From NCBI GenBank assembly GCA_030390025.1, contig CM059439.1, positions 63,798,001 to 63,862,000 on the forward strand: DNA of 64,000 nucleotides. The letters run 5' to 3'. Of the stretch, positions 1 to 11,687 are shown one piece after another (the first letter of the stretch is position 1; each line of letters begins with the position of its first letter). The stretch comes from Squalus acanthias. Its lineage: Eukaryota. The translations under genes were made by a program, and so were the position numbers. A model generated the notes under the pieces. The model had not been told where the DNA came from and searched no databases. It saw only the letters and a program-made list of their open reading frames with translations.

Positions 1-1079
1 ACAGCTGGATGTGATGCATTGCTTAATTACACCCAGGCAATGTAGGTCCAAGCTCTTTTCAGCAGTATTTCAATGGCGTAAAAGTTTATTTTGCTGAGCT
101 TATGTTTTCGGAGTAGAATATTTTATATGTAGCTGTTTTGACACGCATCGTTTATCATCAGTATTTCAAACACTACTTTTATTTAAAAGGACAAACCTAA
201 AGTTCACCCTTTTCTGATCTAAACTACAGGAAATAATTATACAGACACTGAATTGAAATGCCTGGAAACTTAATTTAGGCCGGCACTTTATACATTCAAC
301 TCTCTCTCTCTCGAGGCTTGGAGCAGAGAATCCTTCCGATAGCTTGTATTTTAGGAGGAGTTCTAACGAACATTATTGATTCAACACTTCTTGTGGTTAA
401 AAGCTGGCAATTGTTATAGCTCCAATGTGTACAGGAATGATCTGTCAACCTGTGGTGTGGTTTAACATATTTCAACTGGTACATTAGGCTGTTGAGCTAA
501 TGGCAAGTCTTGATCTGGATTAGTTTCCCCCTCCTCAACCCCCCTTCCCCTGAAGGCCATGTTAAGATACAATCCCATAAGTGCTGGCATCCCTCTGCTG
601 CCTTATCCAGATAGCTTTTTCTTGTCTTCAACCGACATAGAGCCTGCACTGGTGTCAGTGGGGTGCTTGCACTAGTTATTCTCTACCTATGGGTCTCTCA
701 GCTGGCAACAACCCCACTTTAAACACACTGGATTGGCTGAGACTGGCTGGTTTCCCCCCCACCCCCCCCCCCCCAAATCGGCTTTCTGTACACCTGCCTT
801 AACAAATCTGGCAGGTTTACAACACAGCTGCTGAATGAGATCTACATTTGGGGAACCAGCAGTACACACCCCCCCACTGACACCAACACCTACACACATC
901 CACACAAACTCCAGCAAGAGTTGGATAGCAACCAGGAGCAGGAACCCCAGCTGCTTTTCCCCTCTCCTGAATCTGGATGCCAAAGCCAATCTTAGCACCC
1001 ATATTGATACCTTAGCTGGTAACCGCCAACACAGCACAGACCAAGGATTGAACCTAGGATCTGCCTGCTATACACAGAA

Positions 1080-1237
1080 TCACAATGATAGAGCACGGGA
1101 GGCCATTCAGCCAGCTCTTTGGTAGAGCTATCCAATTATTCCCACTCCCCTACTCTTTCCCCATAGCCCTGTATTTTTTTTCCCTTTAAGTATTTACCCA
1201 ACTCCCTTTTGAAAGTTACTATTGAATCAGCTTCCAT
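1080..1237 (-). mobile_element. Short CR1 LINE 3'-end fragment
   Basis: Reverse complement of a CR1 3' terminus (ggaggccattcagcc...tttccccatagccctg...ttttgaaagttactattgaatcagcttcc), similar to the CR1 3' ends at 4131 and 59543. Boundaries approximate. Confidence 0.6.
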
Positions 1238-1849
1238 GACTCAGTACCACAACAGAAAAGACACATTCACCCACCTAAGGATGAGGGGAAGCTGCCTTCA
1301 TATTTCCTCAAAAGGTGCTGAACTGCTGCTGCTGTCGGAAATGTTAGAAGACAGAACTTTCTCTTCGCCTACTTCCTCAGCCAGGTGACTCTGCAACTAC
1401 AGCTCTCAGTATCTTGATCACGTAAGCTTCATTGATCTCTTGCTGGGTCTATTGCTCTGGACAACTGCTCGTCACGTATATTCATACCACAAACCACCAG
1501 AAGTAACCTGCTGAATACTGAAATTTCTTGAGACAAAACTAGAATTGCAAACTATTCAGGGCTTCTGCTGGGGGAAAAGAAAAGGGAGCAGAAATGCTTC
1601 AAGGCCATAGGATGCCCTGCCAACTCTATTTCTGTCCTAACAGGAAGCCTGTGCATGTTTGTGGTTCTGCCTTTATTTTTTTCTTGGAGGGGGGGGGGCG
1701 GGGGGCTAAGTTTTCTAAACTTCTTCCAATCCCGAACACAGGCACCGGCAGAAGATTTTTTCCAGAACAGGAACACACCAACAAGCCTGTCTCTTTTTGC
1801 TAGCTTTCAACCTCATCTACCTGTTTTCTCACCATAGTCCTCAATGCTC

Positions 1850-2390
1850 GTTCTCTTCAGAATGTCATCCAATGGTCCCATTTATACCATTTACTCCAAT
1901 AGCCTTCCGTTACATTTTATTCCTTGGTTGGAAAGGCTCCACCCAACTTCCCTTTGCAATTCTCCCAATTTATTTTTCAATTCAAGTCATGTGGTATTTT
2001 AATCTTTTGCCATAGTGAACAATTTCCCGGAATCAACTTGTTCAATCCTCTTCATATTTTTGAAACTTTCAATTAAGTTACCTGGAAATCTCCTCTTCTC
2101 CAAATGAAAATCAGCCCAATTCCGTTATTTTTTCCTCATAACTTAAGATCCCGATACCTCATAATTGCTACTGCTCACCTCTATCCCCTCAGTGTAAAAA
2201 CATCTTTATGATCAGGTTATTAAATGGAATATATACGCTGGCCTTAGCAACTTCTGATGTATACCAGTCTAATCCGCTGCTAATTTAATCCAGTACCTTA
2301 TTTGCTTTTTTAACTACAATTAAAGCATTACAATGATTGATTCATAAATGTATCAACTATAACCCCTAGATCGGTTTCCTGAAGCACACC
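1850..2390 (-). mobile_element. Old, degenerate CR1 3' fragment
   Basis: Degenerate match to the CR1 RT C-terminal region (tttttgaaactttcaattaagttacct...ctcctcttctc...ttcctcataactt) seen in younger copies such as 59900-60000. Confidence 0.45.
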
Positions 2391-2714
2391 AAATATCTCT
2401 AAACTGAAAATAAAATTCTAATATTCCTGCAGAGGTTCTAGGACTTTACTATATAGTAGAAGCAGCTCACTGTAGGCAGCTTGAGACTGAGAGATGCAAT
2501 GGAGTATCTAGTTAATGGAATAACCAGAATTAAGGGTCATTAAACTTGAAGGGTAGACGTGCACGCTGATTACTACGTCTTGTATTAAAAGGCAGAGAGG
2601 GATTATTTCCCATTAACTAGTTTTGTTACTAGGTTGGTACCTGGACACTACAGGCAATACATTTAACTGTGGTTCAATATTCAGTTATATAAAACAGGGT
2701 TGTTTTACCAATGT

Positions 2715-2920
2715 CTGGGCCAACATTCATCCCTCAACTAAACATCACCAAAATCAGATTCATTGGTCCCTCATGTCTCAACTGCTTGTGTGACTTTGAT
2801 GTACACAACTATGCTGCTACGCTTGCATACATAACGGTGACAACACTTCAAAACTACACTGTGAAACACTTTGGAACATGCTGAGGACATGAAAAGTGCT
2901 CTATAAATGCAAGTTCCTCA
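2715..2920 (+). mobile_element. 3' half of a Deu-domain (SacSINE1-like) SINE
   Basis: ctgggccaacattcatccctcaac...gaggacatgaaaagtgctctataaatgcaag aligns with the 3' half of the copy at 16735-17180. Confidence 0.65.
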
Positions 2921-4222
2921 TTATCTTCATCACTATCACTGACAGACATGCAACCAATATTTCATCCTACTGTTACATGGCTCAAAGTTCTCGCAACGCA
3001 ACCTAGATTTGGAAAGACTAAACCTAATAATACCGTTGAATATTTTTTCACCATAGGTCAAATCGACACCGTATAAACATTTTTACACACCCACCATTAC
3101 GTCTTTACTGAAATCCTAGCATCAACAGAGGCATAATTCTGACATTAATCCTGTGTGCTCATAAATGTGAATGAGAAAAATAGGGAAAGGAGGCTCTATT
3201 CTACATTACGTTCAGTTATTGTTCGAATAACAGACAATGCACCACTTAAAAGATCAATACCACCACTGAACTTAACTGAGACGATACCTCTGTTCAGGTA
3301 AAGGGAATGCAAAGGTACATTTGAATATCATTTAAAATTGAAGCTGAACATTTTGTACAGTGTTAAACATGCCCCTACTAATTAGACAGAGACAGACTGC
3401 AGTCCTAAGGCTGCCTACCCGGTTTCTATTGTACCTCAGTAAAATCGCCAGGAGACATCAAGGTAGGGGGCAGCAATAGGGGCTCTATAATTGGCTTTGG
3501 TGCTTTGGGTTTTGGCGAAGGGGAAGGAAGAGAGGGAGGACACATATCAACCACAGTTTCCACTTTATGACCCCTATCAGAAAGTGTATGCCTATGGATA
3601 TTGCATAAGGATGGGATTAAGCTAGTTTATTATACCCTTCCCCCCCCCACCCCCGCCCAACAGTCATGCAGCCAGCTGATCCCCATCTAAGCACACATGA
3701 ATAGGCCACCAGAGAACCTTAGTAACCATTGTTCTTTACCCCAGTAAAAGGAACCACCTTCAAGGGGAGAAGAAAATATATATTTTAATTAAAAAGGTGT
3801 GCAATTGGAGGAATAAAAGGAATAATTAACACACATTAGAAACACTACAGATGAATTTTACTGTAGGTCAATCATAATTCAGTCCCTAAATCAACCCAGG
3901 GCGGGGATGGTCCAGCACTCAAAACTGAAAGGAACTGCAGAGTCCAATGTTCTGTTTTGTAGGAACCCAAAATAATTGAAGTGATGAGTTCACAGACAAC
4001 AGCAACGCAAATCCTTGCCTGTGGGCCAGCAAGAGGGTTTCAACACTTAATAAACATAGTGCGAGTTTGAAAAAAAGTACTTATTTACAAAATTTTACTC
4101 CTTTCTGTTTCTTGAGCCTCATTGAGGGTTACATAGATACATAGAAGATAGGAGCAGGAGTAGGCCATCCGGCCCTTCGAGCCTGCTCCGCCATTTAATG
4201 AGATCATGGCTGATCCTCCAAT

Positions 4223-7189
4223 TCAGTATCCCGTCCCCGCCTTCTCTCCGTAACCCTTAACCCCTTTTGCCTGTAGAAATATATCTAATTCCCTCTTAAA
4301 TATATTTAATGAGCTGGCGTACACTGCCCTCTGTGGCAATGAGTTCCACAGGTTCACCACCCTCTGAGTGAAGAAATTCCCCCTCATTTCTGTCCCAAAT
4401 GGTTTAGCCCTTATCCTTAAATTATGTCCTCTAGTTCTGTTCTCACCCGCCAAGGGAAACATTCCTTCTGCATCTAGTCTGTCTAGACCTGTCAGAATTT
4501 TATACACTTCTATGAGGTCCCCTCTCAATCTTCTAAACTCCAGTGTGTACATCCCTAAACTACATAGTCTCTCCTCATAGGTCAATCCCGCCATTCCTGG
4601 TATCAGCCTGGTGAATCGCCGCTGCACCCCCTCCATGGCAAGAACATCTTTCCTCAGATGAGGCGACCAAAACTGTACACAGTACTCGAGGTGTGGTCTC
4701 ACCAGTGCCCTGTACAGCTGCAGCAAGGTATCCCTGTTCCTGTATTCCAACCCTTTTGCTATGAAGGCCAGCATACCGTTTGCCTTCTTGACCGCCTGTT
4801 GCACCTGCATGCTCGCCTTCAGTGACTGGTGTACAAGAACACCCAGGTCTCTCTGTACTTCCCCCTCTCCCAATTTATTGCCATTTAAATAATAATTTGC
4901 CCTCCCGTTCCTGCACCCAAGGTGGATAACTTCGCACTTGTCCACATTATAGTGCATCTGCCATTTATCCGCCCAATCACCCAGTCTGTCCAAATCGCTC
5001 TGGAGCTTCCTGGTCTCCTCCTCTGAGCCCACCCCCCCTCCTAGTTTAGTGTCGTCTGCAAATTTGGAAATGCTGCATCCGACTCCCTGATCCAGGTCAT
5101 TAATGTAAATTGTGAACAGCTGGGGACCCAGGACAGATCCCTGTGGTACCCCACTTGTTACTGCCTGCCATTCAGAAAATGAGCCGTTTATTCCAACTCT
5201 CTGTTTTCTATCTGATAGCCAGTTCTCTATCCACGTCAATACTTCCCCCTTTATCCCATGAGCTTCAATTTTCCATGCTAATCTTTTATGTGGGACCTTA
5301 TCGAAGGCCTTTTGGAAGTCCAGGTACACCACATCTACTGGCTCTCCCCCATCTATTTTACCAGTTACTCCCTCAAAAAATTCCAATAGATTAGTCAAGC
5401 ACGATTTACCCTTTGTAAATCCATGTTGACTCTGTCCTATCCTGTCCCCATTTGCTAAGTGCTCCGCTATTTCATCCTTAATGATGGACTCCAGCATTTT
5501 GCCCATAACTGATGTAAGGCTTACAGGTCTGTAATTACCTGCTTTTTCCCTACCCCCCTTTTTAAATAGTGGGGTAACGTTAGCTACCCTCCAATCCATG
5601 GGCACTGTTCCCGAGTCTAATGAATTCTGAAAAATCATACTTAGTGCATCCGCTATCTCTAGGGCCACCTCCTTCAGTACCCTAGGATGCATGTTATCAG
5701 GCCCTGGGGATTTGTCCGCCTTCAATCCCTTTAGCTTCCTTAACACCATATCCTTAGAGATATTGATTTGCGTCAGTTCCTCCTTTGCCAATGTCCCTAT
5801 TTTTCCCGATATCCCAGGGAGGTTTTTTGTGTCTTCCTTCGTAAAGACTGACCCAAAGTATGCATTTAGTTGGTCTGCCATTTCCTTATTTCCCGTTATA
5901 TATTCCCCTGTATCTGACTGCAATGGACCAACTTTGGTTTTCACCAGTCTTTTCCTCTTGATATACTTATAAAAGCTTTTGGAGTTAGTTTTTATATTTT
6001 CCGCCAGCTTGCTTTCGTAAGCTATTTTGCCCCTCTTGATTAAGCCCTTTGTCCTCCTTTGCTCTATCTTAAACTGTTCCCAATCTTCCGCTCTGGCGCT
6101 TTTTTTGGCTATTTTATACGCCCTGTCTTTGGATTTTATGCTGTCTCTAATTTCCCCTGTTATCCACGGTTGAGTCACCTTTTTAGATTTCCTTTTATGC
6201 CAGATTGGTATAAACAATTTTTGCAATTTTGTCATTCTATCTTTAAATGCTTGCCATTGTTTATCTACCTCCAGTCCTCCCAGGAACGTTGTCCAATCAG
6301 ACCTGCTCAGTTCCCGTCTAATGGCATCATAATTCCCCTGGTTTAAATTCAGGACCTTAGTCTCTGAGTCAATTTCTTCGCTCTCCATTTCGAGTGAGAA
6401 ATCGATCATGTTATGATCGCTCTGACCCAAGGGTCCCCGTACAACAAGATTACTAATTAGTCCCTTCTCATTGCACAGTACCCAGTCCAATATAGCCTGT
6501 TCCCGAGTTGGTTCCTCGACATATTGATCCAGATAACCATCCCTTAAACACTCAAGGAATTCCTCCTCCTCATTATTTTTACTGATTAGGCTAGTCCAAT
6601 CTATATGCAAGTTAAAGTCACCTATGATGACAGCTGTGCTCTTATTGCACGCTTCTCTAATTTCCCTCGTGATGCCCTCCCCAACCTCTATTTTACTATT
6701 TGGAGGCCTATATACCACTCCTATTAATGTTTTTCGCCCCTCGCTATTTCTTAGCTCCACCCATATAGATTCTGTATTAACTGAGTTAATATCCTTCCTT
6801 TCAATTGCATTTATCCCCTCTTTTACCAGCAATGCTACCCCTCCTCCCTTTCTTTTTTGTCGATCCTTCCTAAATACTGAATACCCCTGTATGTTAAGCT
6901 CCCAGCCCTGCTCACCCTGCAACCATGTTTCCGTAATCCCAATTAGATCATAATTATTAACCTCTATTTCCACAGCTAATTCATCTACCTTGTTCCTGAT
7001 GCTTCTCGCATTAAGGTATAAAACCCTCAGGCTTTTTTTATGCTCACATTTTTTATGAATTAGTTTGGCCCTTTGTTTTTTGTTCCTCACCCTTTTACCA
7101 TTTATTTCTGTCTGCCTTTCACTTTCCTCTATTTCACTACATAGGTTTCTAGCCCCCTGCCATACTAGTTTAAATGCTCCCGAACTGCT
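4223..7189 (-). CDS. CR1 ORF2: APE-type endonuclease plus reverse transcriptase, uninterrupted
   Basis: EN motifs YLNARS, GITETW, VYRPP, GDFN, SDH; RT motifs [36 protein letters not shown]. The track's 955-aa ORF starts at a GTG (7090). The stop-free frame extends up to 7189, and the first in-frame ATG is at 6409 (residue 228 of the track ORF). Confidence 0.95.
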   Translation of the reverse strand, partial: SSSGAFKLVWQGARNLCSEIEESERQTEINGKRVRNKKQRAKLIHKKCEHKKSLRVLYLNARSIRNKVDELAVEIEVNNYDLIGITETWLQGEQGWELNIQGYSVFRKDRQKRKGGGVALLVKEGINAIERKDINSVNTESIWVELRNSEGRKTLIGVVYRPPNSKIEVGEGITREIREACNKSTAVIIGDFNLHIDWTSLISKNNEEEEFLECLRDGYLDQYVEEPTREQAILDWVLCNEKGLISNLVVRGPLGQSDHNMIDFSLEMESEEIDSETKVLNLNQGNYDAIRRELSRSDWTTFLGGLEVDKQWQAFKDRMTKLQKLFIPIWHKRKSKKVTQPWITGEIRDSIKSKDRAYKIAKKSARAEDWEQFKIEQRRTKGLIKRGKIAYESKLAENIKTNSKSFYKYIKRKRLVKTKVGPLQSDTGEYITGNKEMADQLNAYFGSVFTKEDTKNLPGISGKIGTLAKEELTQINISKDMVLRKLKGLKADKSPGPDNMHPRVLKEVALEIADALSMIFQNSLDSGTVPMDWRVANVTPLFKKGGREKAGNYRPVSLTSVMGKMLESIIKDEIAEHLANGDRIGQSQHGFTKGKSCLTNLLEFFEGVTGKIDGGEPVDVVYLDFQKAFDKVPHKRLAWKIEAHGIKGEVLTWIENWLSDRKQRVGINGSFSEWQAVTSGVPQGSVLGPQLFTIYINDLDQGVGCSISKFADDTKLGGGVGSEEETRKLQSDLDRLGDWADKWQMHYNVDKCEVIHLGCRNGRANYYLNGNKLGEGEVQRDLGVLVHQSLKASMQVQQAVKKANGMLAFIAKGLEYRNRDTLLQLYRALVRPHLEYCVQFWSPHLRKDVLAMEGVQRRFTRLIPGMAGLTYEERLCSLGMYTLEFRRLRGDLIEVYKILTGLDRLDAEGMFPLAGENRTRGHNLRIRAKPFGTEMRGNFFTQRVVNLWNSLPQRAVYASSLNIFKRELDIFLQAKGVKGYGEKAGTGY

Positions 7190-7760
7190 TTATCAAAAAT
7201 TACCCCGAGAACATCAGTTCCATCTTTGCACAGGTGTAGACCGTCCCTTTTGTATAGGTCACACCTACCACAAAACTGGTTCCAATGCCTCAAAAATTTA
7301 AAACCCTCCCTCTTACACCACTGCTCAAGCCACGTATTTAGCCTAACTATCCTGTTCTCTGTACTCTTACTAGCACGTGGCACTGGTAGTAATCCAGAGA
7401 TTACTACCTTCGAGGTCCTACTTTTTAGCTTGGCTCCTAACTCCCTAAATTCTACTTGTAGGACCTCTTTCCTTTTTTTAGCTACGTCGTTAGTACCAAC
7501 ATGTATCACGACAACTGGCTGTTCCCCCTCCCCCTCCAGAATGTTCTGCACCCGCGCCGAGACATCCTTGACCCTTGCACCAGGGAGGCAACATACCATC
7601 CTGGAGTCTCGGTCGCGACCACAGAAACCCCTATCTATTCCCCTTACAATCGAATCCCCTATTACTATAGCCCTGCCACTCTTTTTCCCTCCCTTCTTTG
7701 CAACAGAGCCAGTCATGGTGCCATGAGCCTGGCTGCTGGTGCCTTCCCCCGATGAGTCAT
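7165..7760 (-). CDS. CR1 ORF1, C-terminal SGNH/GDSL esterase domain
   Basis: SGNH blocks GDSIVR, PGA, HVGTND and DGLHL; ends ...EHLN* (TAG at 7167-7165). An esterase domain is typical of vertebrate CR1 ORF1. Confidence 0.9.
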
Positions 7761-8078
7761 CCCCCCCCCGACAACAGCACCTAAGGCGGTGAACCTGTTG
7801 CTAAGGGAGACAACCCCAGGGGATTTCTGCACTACCTTCCTGCCCTTGCTCTGCCTTTTGGTCACCCATGTACTATCTACGCTGGCCTTAACCTGCGGTG
7901 TGACCAACTCACTAAATGTGCTATCCACAACCCTCTCAGAATCGTGGATGCTCCAAAGTGAGTCCATCCGCAGCTCAAGGGCCGTCATGCGGTCCCACAT
8001 GAGCTGCAGCTGGACACACTTCCCGCACACATGGTTGTCAGGGACACAGAAAGCGTCCCTGATTTCCCACATGTTGCA
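7761..8078 (-). CDS. CR1 ORF1, N-terminal Cys-rich (zinc-finger-like)/coiled-coil part, out of frame with the esterase part at a G9 run
   Basis: CNMWE...VPDNHVCGKCVQLQL...LELRMDSLW...SNRFTAL is the CR1 ORF1 N-terminal pattern. The frame changes at the C9 run 7761-7769 (plus strand). Confidence 0.8.
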
Positions 8079-11000
8079 CCTGGAGTTTGTGCATCTAACA
8101 TTGGAATTGCCTACAAGGTTCAACAAAACAATATTCTCCACTCTTGCCGCTCAATTTCCTCCCTCCATCACAAGGGGTGGGTAGATTGAGCTTCTGATTC
8201 CTCCCAGTGGGTTCTTCTCCAAAAAAGGGCACAGCACTTCACTAATAGTGGAGAGCTTCTTGGTATGAGGCGTTGAGTGCTTTGAGTTTTAGGGACTCAC
8301 TTGTGCAGTACAGCACGAAAGCTGAACAGCAGATCCAGAGCTCAATCTAGACCTCCAATAGTCTCTCTTCTTGGGAGCCACCAAGTATTCTTACTAAACC
8401 CATTGGCTTCAAAATTCTATTTGTTCTGTTTACACTACGCTGGGTACTGGGAACTGTCTGAAAGACCAGTGCTCCCATCAAGTCCTTTAACCACCACAGA
8501 TGTTCTCACAAGCATGTAAAGGCCAATTGATCCAAGAAGCCCAGCTCTTTTTGGTCAGGTCAACCCCATTTCTCGTCGCAAGATTAAATTCTTTCTCCAG
8601 AAAGGTATCCAGTTGCTCCTCAACACTTCTTTTATTTCTCCAAATCATCCACACACCTCCCCCCCGCCCTCCAGGACAGTGACTCCTGCTGGAGTGCAAA
8701 TCCACATGTGCCAGCAACTTTCCAGTGCTTCACCCATGGAGTTATTCATGACATTGAGCCTAGGTAACAAGTGTTGGCAAGATATTCATGGCCATGACAG
8801 CAAGCCCGTTCCCACCCTCTCCACATGCATGTCCAGCAGGGAGTCACAGGATAGTGATCAGGGGTGGAAGAAAGTGACCCCTCTCCCGGTTGCCATTAAA
8901 CATCATGAATTTAGGATGAACAACTTGTAGATGGATTCCACACAAGCACGTGATGATTAACATGGGCAGTACCACCCTCACCCCACCCCTATTCTGTCCC
9001 AACCACCCTACAAGTGTATTTAAATAAGATCAACATCTAAAATAACAGCTTTTGCTGGCATGTTTGGAGAAAGCTGTAGGAGAAGTGATTTACTTAAAAT
9101 AAGAACGGCACGCTAATACCCTCAACACCTGCTTGCTATAATTTCTGAAATGTACACAATCAGCAACTTGGGTAGAAACTGGGAGAATTCGCATGATAAA
9201 CTGAGCAGCCAGTTTATGAAGCTAGCTGGCTCCTCTAATGGCAGAGTGTCTAAATGCACAGGTTAAATGGACATTCAAAAGGAAACACCAAAGAGTGGCG
9301 GGAGTATATGAACTATATCCTAGCATAGTAAGAATTTTTGGTGGGAGGTGGGGGTGGAAAGAGACAACTAGAAAGCCAGACACAGAGAAAGAGAAGATAG
9401 GAGAGAAGGCTACAGGACTGGAAAAACAAAATACACAAAAAACTTCCCTCAGGGCATTCATACCAAGACTGGAGTTGAAATACTACCAAAATCTGGCAAT
9501 TTTAATTCAATGAACAGTCATTAAACTAATTGAAGTCAACGTGAATGAACTGCAGGTTGAAAATGAATTTACAGAAAGCAGCAGGGCAAGGGTTATCAGT
9601 CAATGTGCGGTGGGATCGGTGATATCTTCCTGCTGCTTTGTACAGCTGGGAATCTGAAGTGAATTACACATTCCATCAAGCAGGATACACATCTCACCTT
9701 TACCCAGTTCTAAGCACTTCTGATCGTTTCCATGTCCAAGGATTCACCTCAGATCTGCAACATACCAGGCAGCTTGTGCTCACATCTCAAGATCCATCAA
9801 ATCAAAGCTAGTCTCCGAATATTACAATTTAACTCGATCTCACATTTCACAATAAAATAGGCTCATCTTGAAGACTAGTTCCTCTATTACACATTATATG
9901 AATGCAGTCACTGAATGTGGTCAATCTCTCAGAAAACTTCTATAACCTTCCATTATCAATTTTACAATCTCATCTGCATGTTTACACTTTCCATAAGCAG
10001 TAAGTACACACCCGCAAGACAGGATTGTGCTCAAGCAATATTAATCTACATCCTACAAGGATTTAAAATTATGATAGCTTATTGCAAGCTGTTAGAGATT
10101 GTTATAGAAGAAATCCTGAACATTTGTGTCAAACGGCAAGAACAAACCACCCAAATATTCCAAAATCTCTGGCACAGCTTAAAAAAAGTTAAAACTCTAC
10201 AGATGATTTGGCACCAAATTCTGTTTCAATAGGAAACAGACATGACCGGCGCCCAGCACAGCAGCTGCAGAAAACAAGAGTTCATCGAGAGATGCTACAG
10301 CCGCTGCATTCCAACTCCCATCTCTATGGGCTGAATGGTGCAATAACATGGAAATGTGTTTCCAAAAAAATACAACTGCAGAGCAGCAGTTATAACTGCA
10401 GAGCAGCAGCAGCAAGAATCGAAGTGATGCTCTGTATTTACTAAAACAGATATACAGAAGTATTGTGACAGCCACCACCACACAGGAATTCTCCGGTTGC
10501 TGCAGTCAACTTCAAGTAAAAGTTGAAGAACCTCAAAGCTTTCACTGAACCCAGCATCGACCAGAAACCTGCCTTTTCGTATCTGTTTACGCATTAATGT
10601 TTCAAAGGGTGTGCAGCACAAATATGGAACGCAAAGGAAAAAACATCTAGCTTTCAGAGATTTGGTTTCCTGTGTATTTAAAAAAAAACGATTTTAGCCA
10701 TTTAACAATTTCCTGATATTCAACTTAAAAGCATCATCTTCAGCACAGATCTGTTCTTCAAAGCAAAGGAATCAAAGCTCAAACACAGCACAATCGCTCC
10801 TCTTTTCTCTCAACCCACTCTCCATTTTAGAATACTTCACACCACTGACTAGTGACCTGCTCCCAAGGCCGTCTCGTCAGGGCTTCCCCCCTTACTCTGA
10901 AGAACGGTCTTACCTCCACTTGACATCAAGGCTAAGATCAGGAAATCATCTCATGGGCAACTGTAGTCAGGGGCCCACCATTTATCACTTTGCTCTCTCA

Positions 11001-11353
11001 CCTCTCCCCCTTGCACTATTAAATCAATTTGAGGAAAGCAAAATCTCATTTGTGGTTTTCACTAATACAGTAGTTTATTACTTAACCAATACCTGTACTG
11101 ACCACACAAACAACCTACATTGACGACACACATGTTGCTTTTCCTCATCAACACACTTTTCAACCCCCTTTCCCATAAACATTCACCGTCTCCTATCACC
11201 TAAAATACAGTTCCATTCTCTAGGTGATGTAGCACATTAATGTTCAGCTATGCCAGGTTTCAGGGCTACTGTGCCCTAGCCACACCCTCAACATGGAGAG
11301 GATGTGATCATGCACTTGCAATTTCCTACACAGCAGGGTCCTGATCTCAGCTG

Positions 11354-11356
<3 letters not shown>

Positions 11357-11418
<62 letters not shown>
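11357..11418. repeat. (GA)31 microsatellite
   Basis: Perfect dinucleotide run read directly. Confidence 0.98.
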
Positions 11419-11420
<2 letters not shown>

Positions 11421-11518
11421 ACTCCATAGAAAGGAAAAGACAAACTGTAATGGGACCGCACCCCCACCCTCCCCTCCCCCCGCGCGCGCACAGCGCTGTA
11501 GGACAGCTTGTAGCATTC

Positions 11519-11687
11519 TTTTCACACTCTATTTTGAAGTTAGAATATGGGCTTCCCAGACATGTGCAATCTCAAAATACAACTTCTAACTCCGCTTCAT
11601 AGCATGATTAATGAATTGAGGACCACAATGTATTCCCTGAAGCAGAAAGAGAAAAACTATATAAAAGTCAGAGATACGATTCTTATG
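11519..11687 (+). repeat. ~170-bp direct repeat, copy 1 (copy 2 at ~13524-13688)
   Basis: tttcacactctatt.tgaagttagaa.atgggcttcccagacatg...ctgaagcagaaa...aactatataaaagt...agatacgattct occurs twice, roughly 80-85% identical by eye. Confidence 0.9.

Larger units (their letters stand above)
4131..8078 (-). mobile_element. Near-full-length CR1-clade non-LTR retrotransposon, slightly 5'-truncated, sense to SSBP3 intron 4
   Basis: 3' tail of 8-nt repeats (minus strand TTCTATGT ATCTATGT) ending at 4131, short 3' UTR, ORF2 (endonuclease plus RT) and ORF1 (Cys-rich/coiled-coil plus SGNH esterase). CR1 similarity appears to end near ...CNMWE at ~8078. No TSD recognised. Confidence 0.95.

Noticed and set aside
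7088-7090. GTG as the true start of CR1 ORF2
   Set aside because: It is only the ORF-caller's first alternative start; the frame is open 99 nt further upstream into ORF1. Non-AUG initiation is not excluded but has no positive support.
4368-7755. Multiple plus-strand ORFs over the CR1
   Set aside because: Antisense shadows of the CR1 coding sequence.
11244-11589. RE/SL-repeat ORFs
   Set aside because: Translations of the (GA)n microsatellite.
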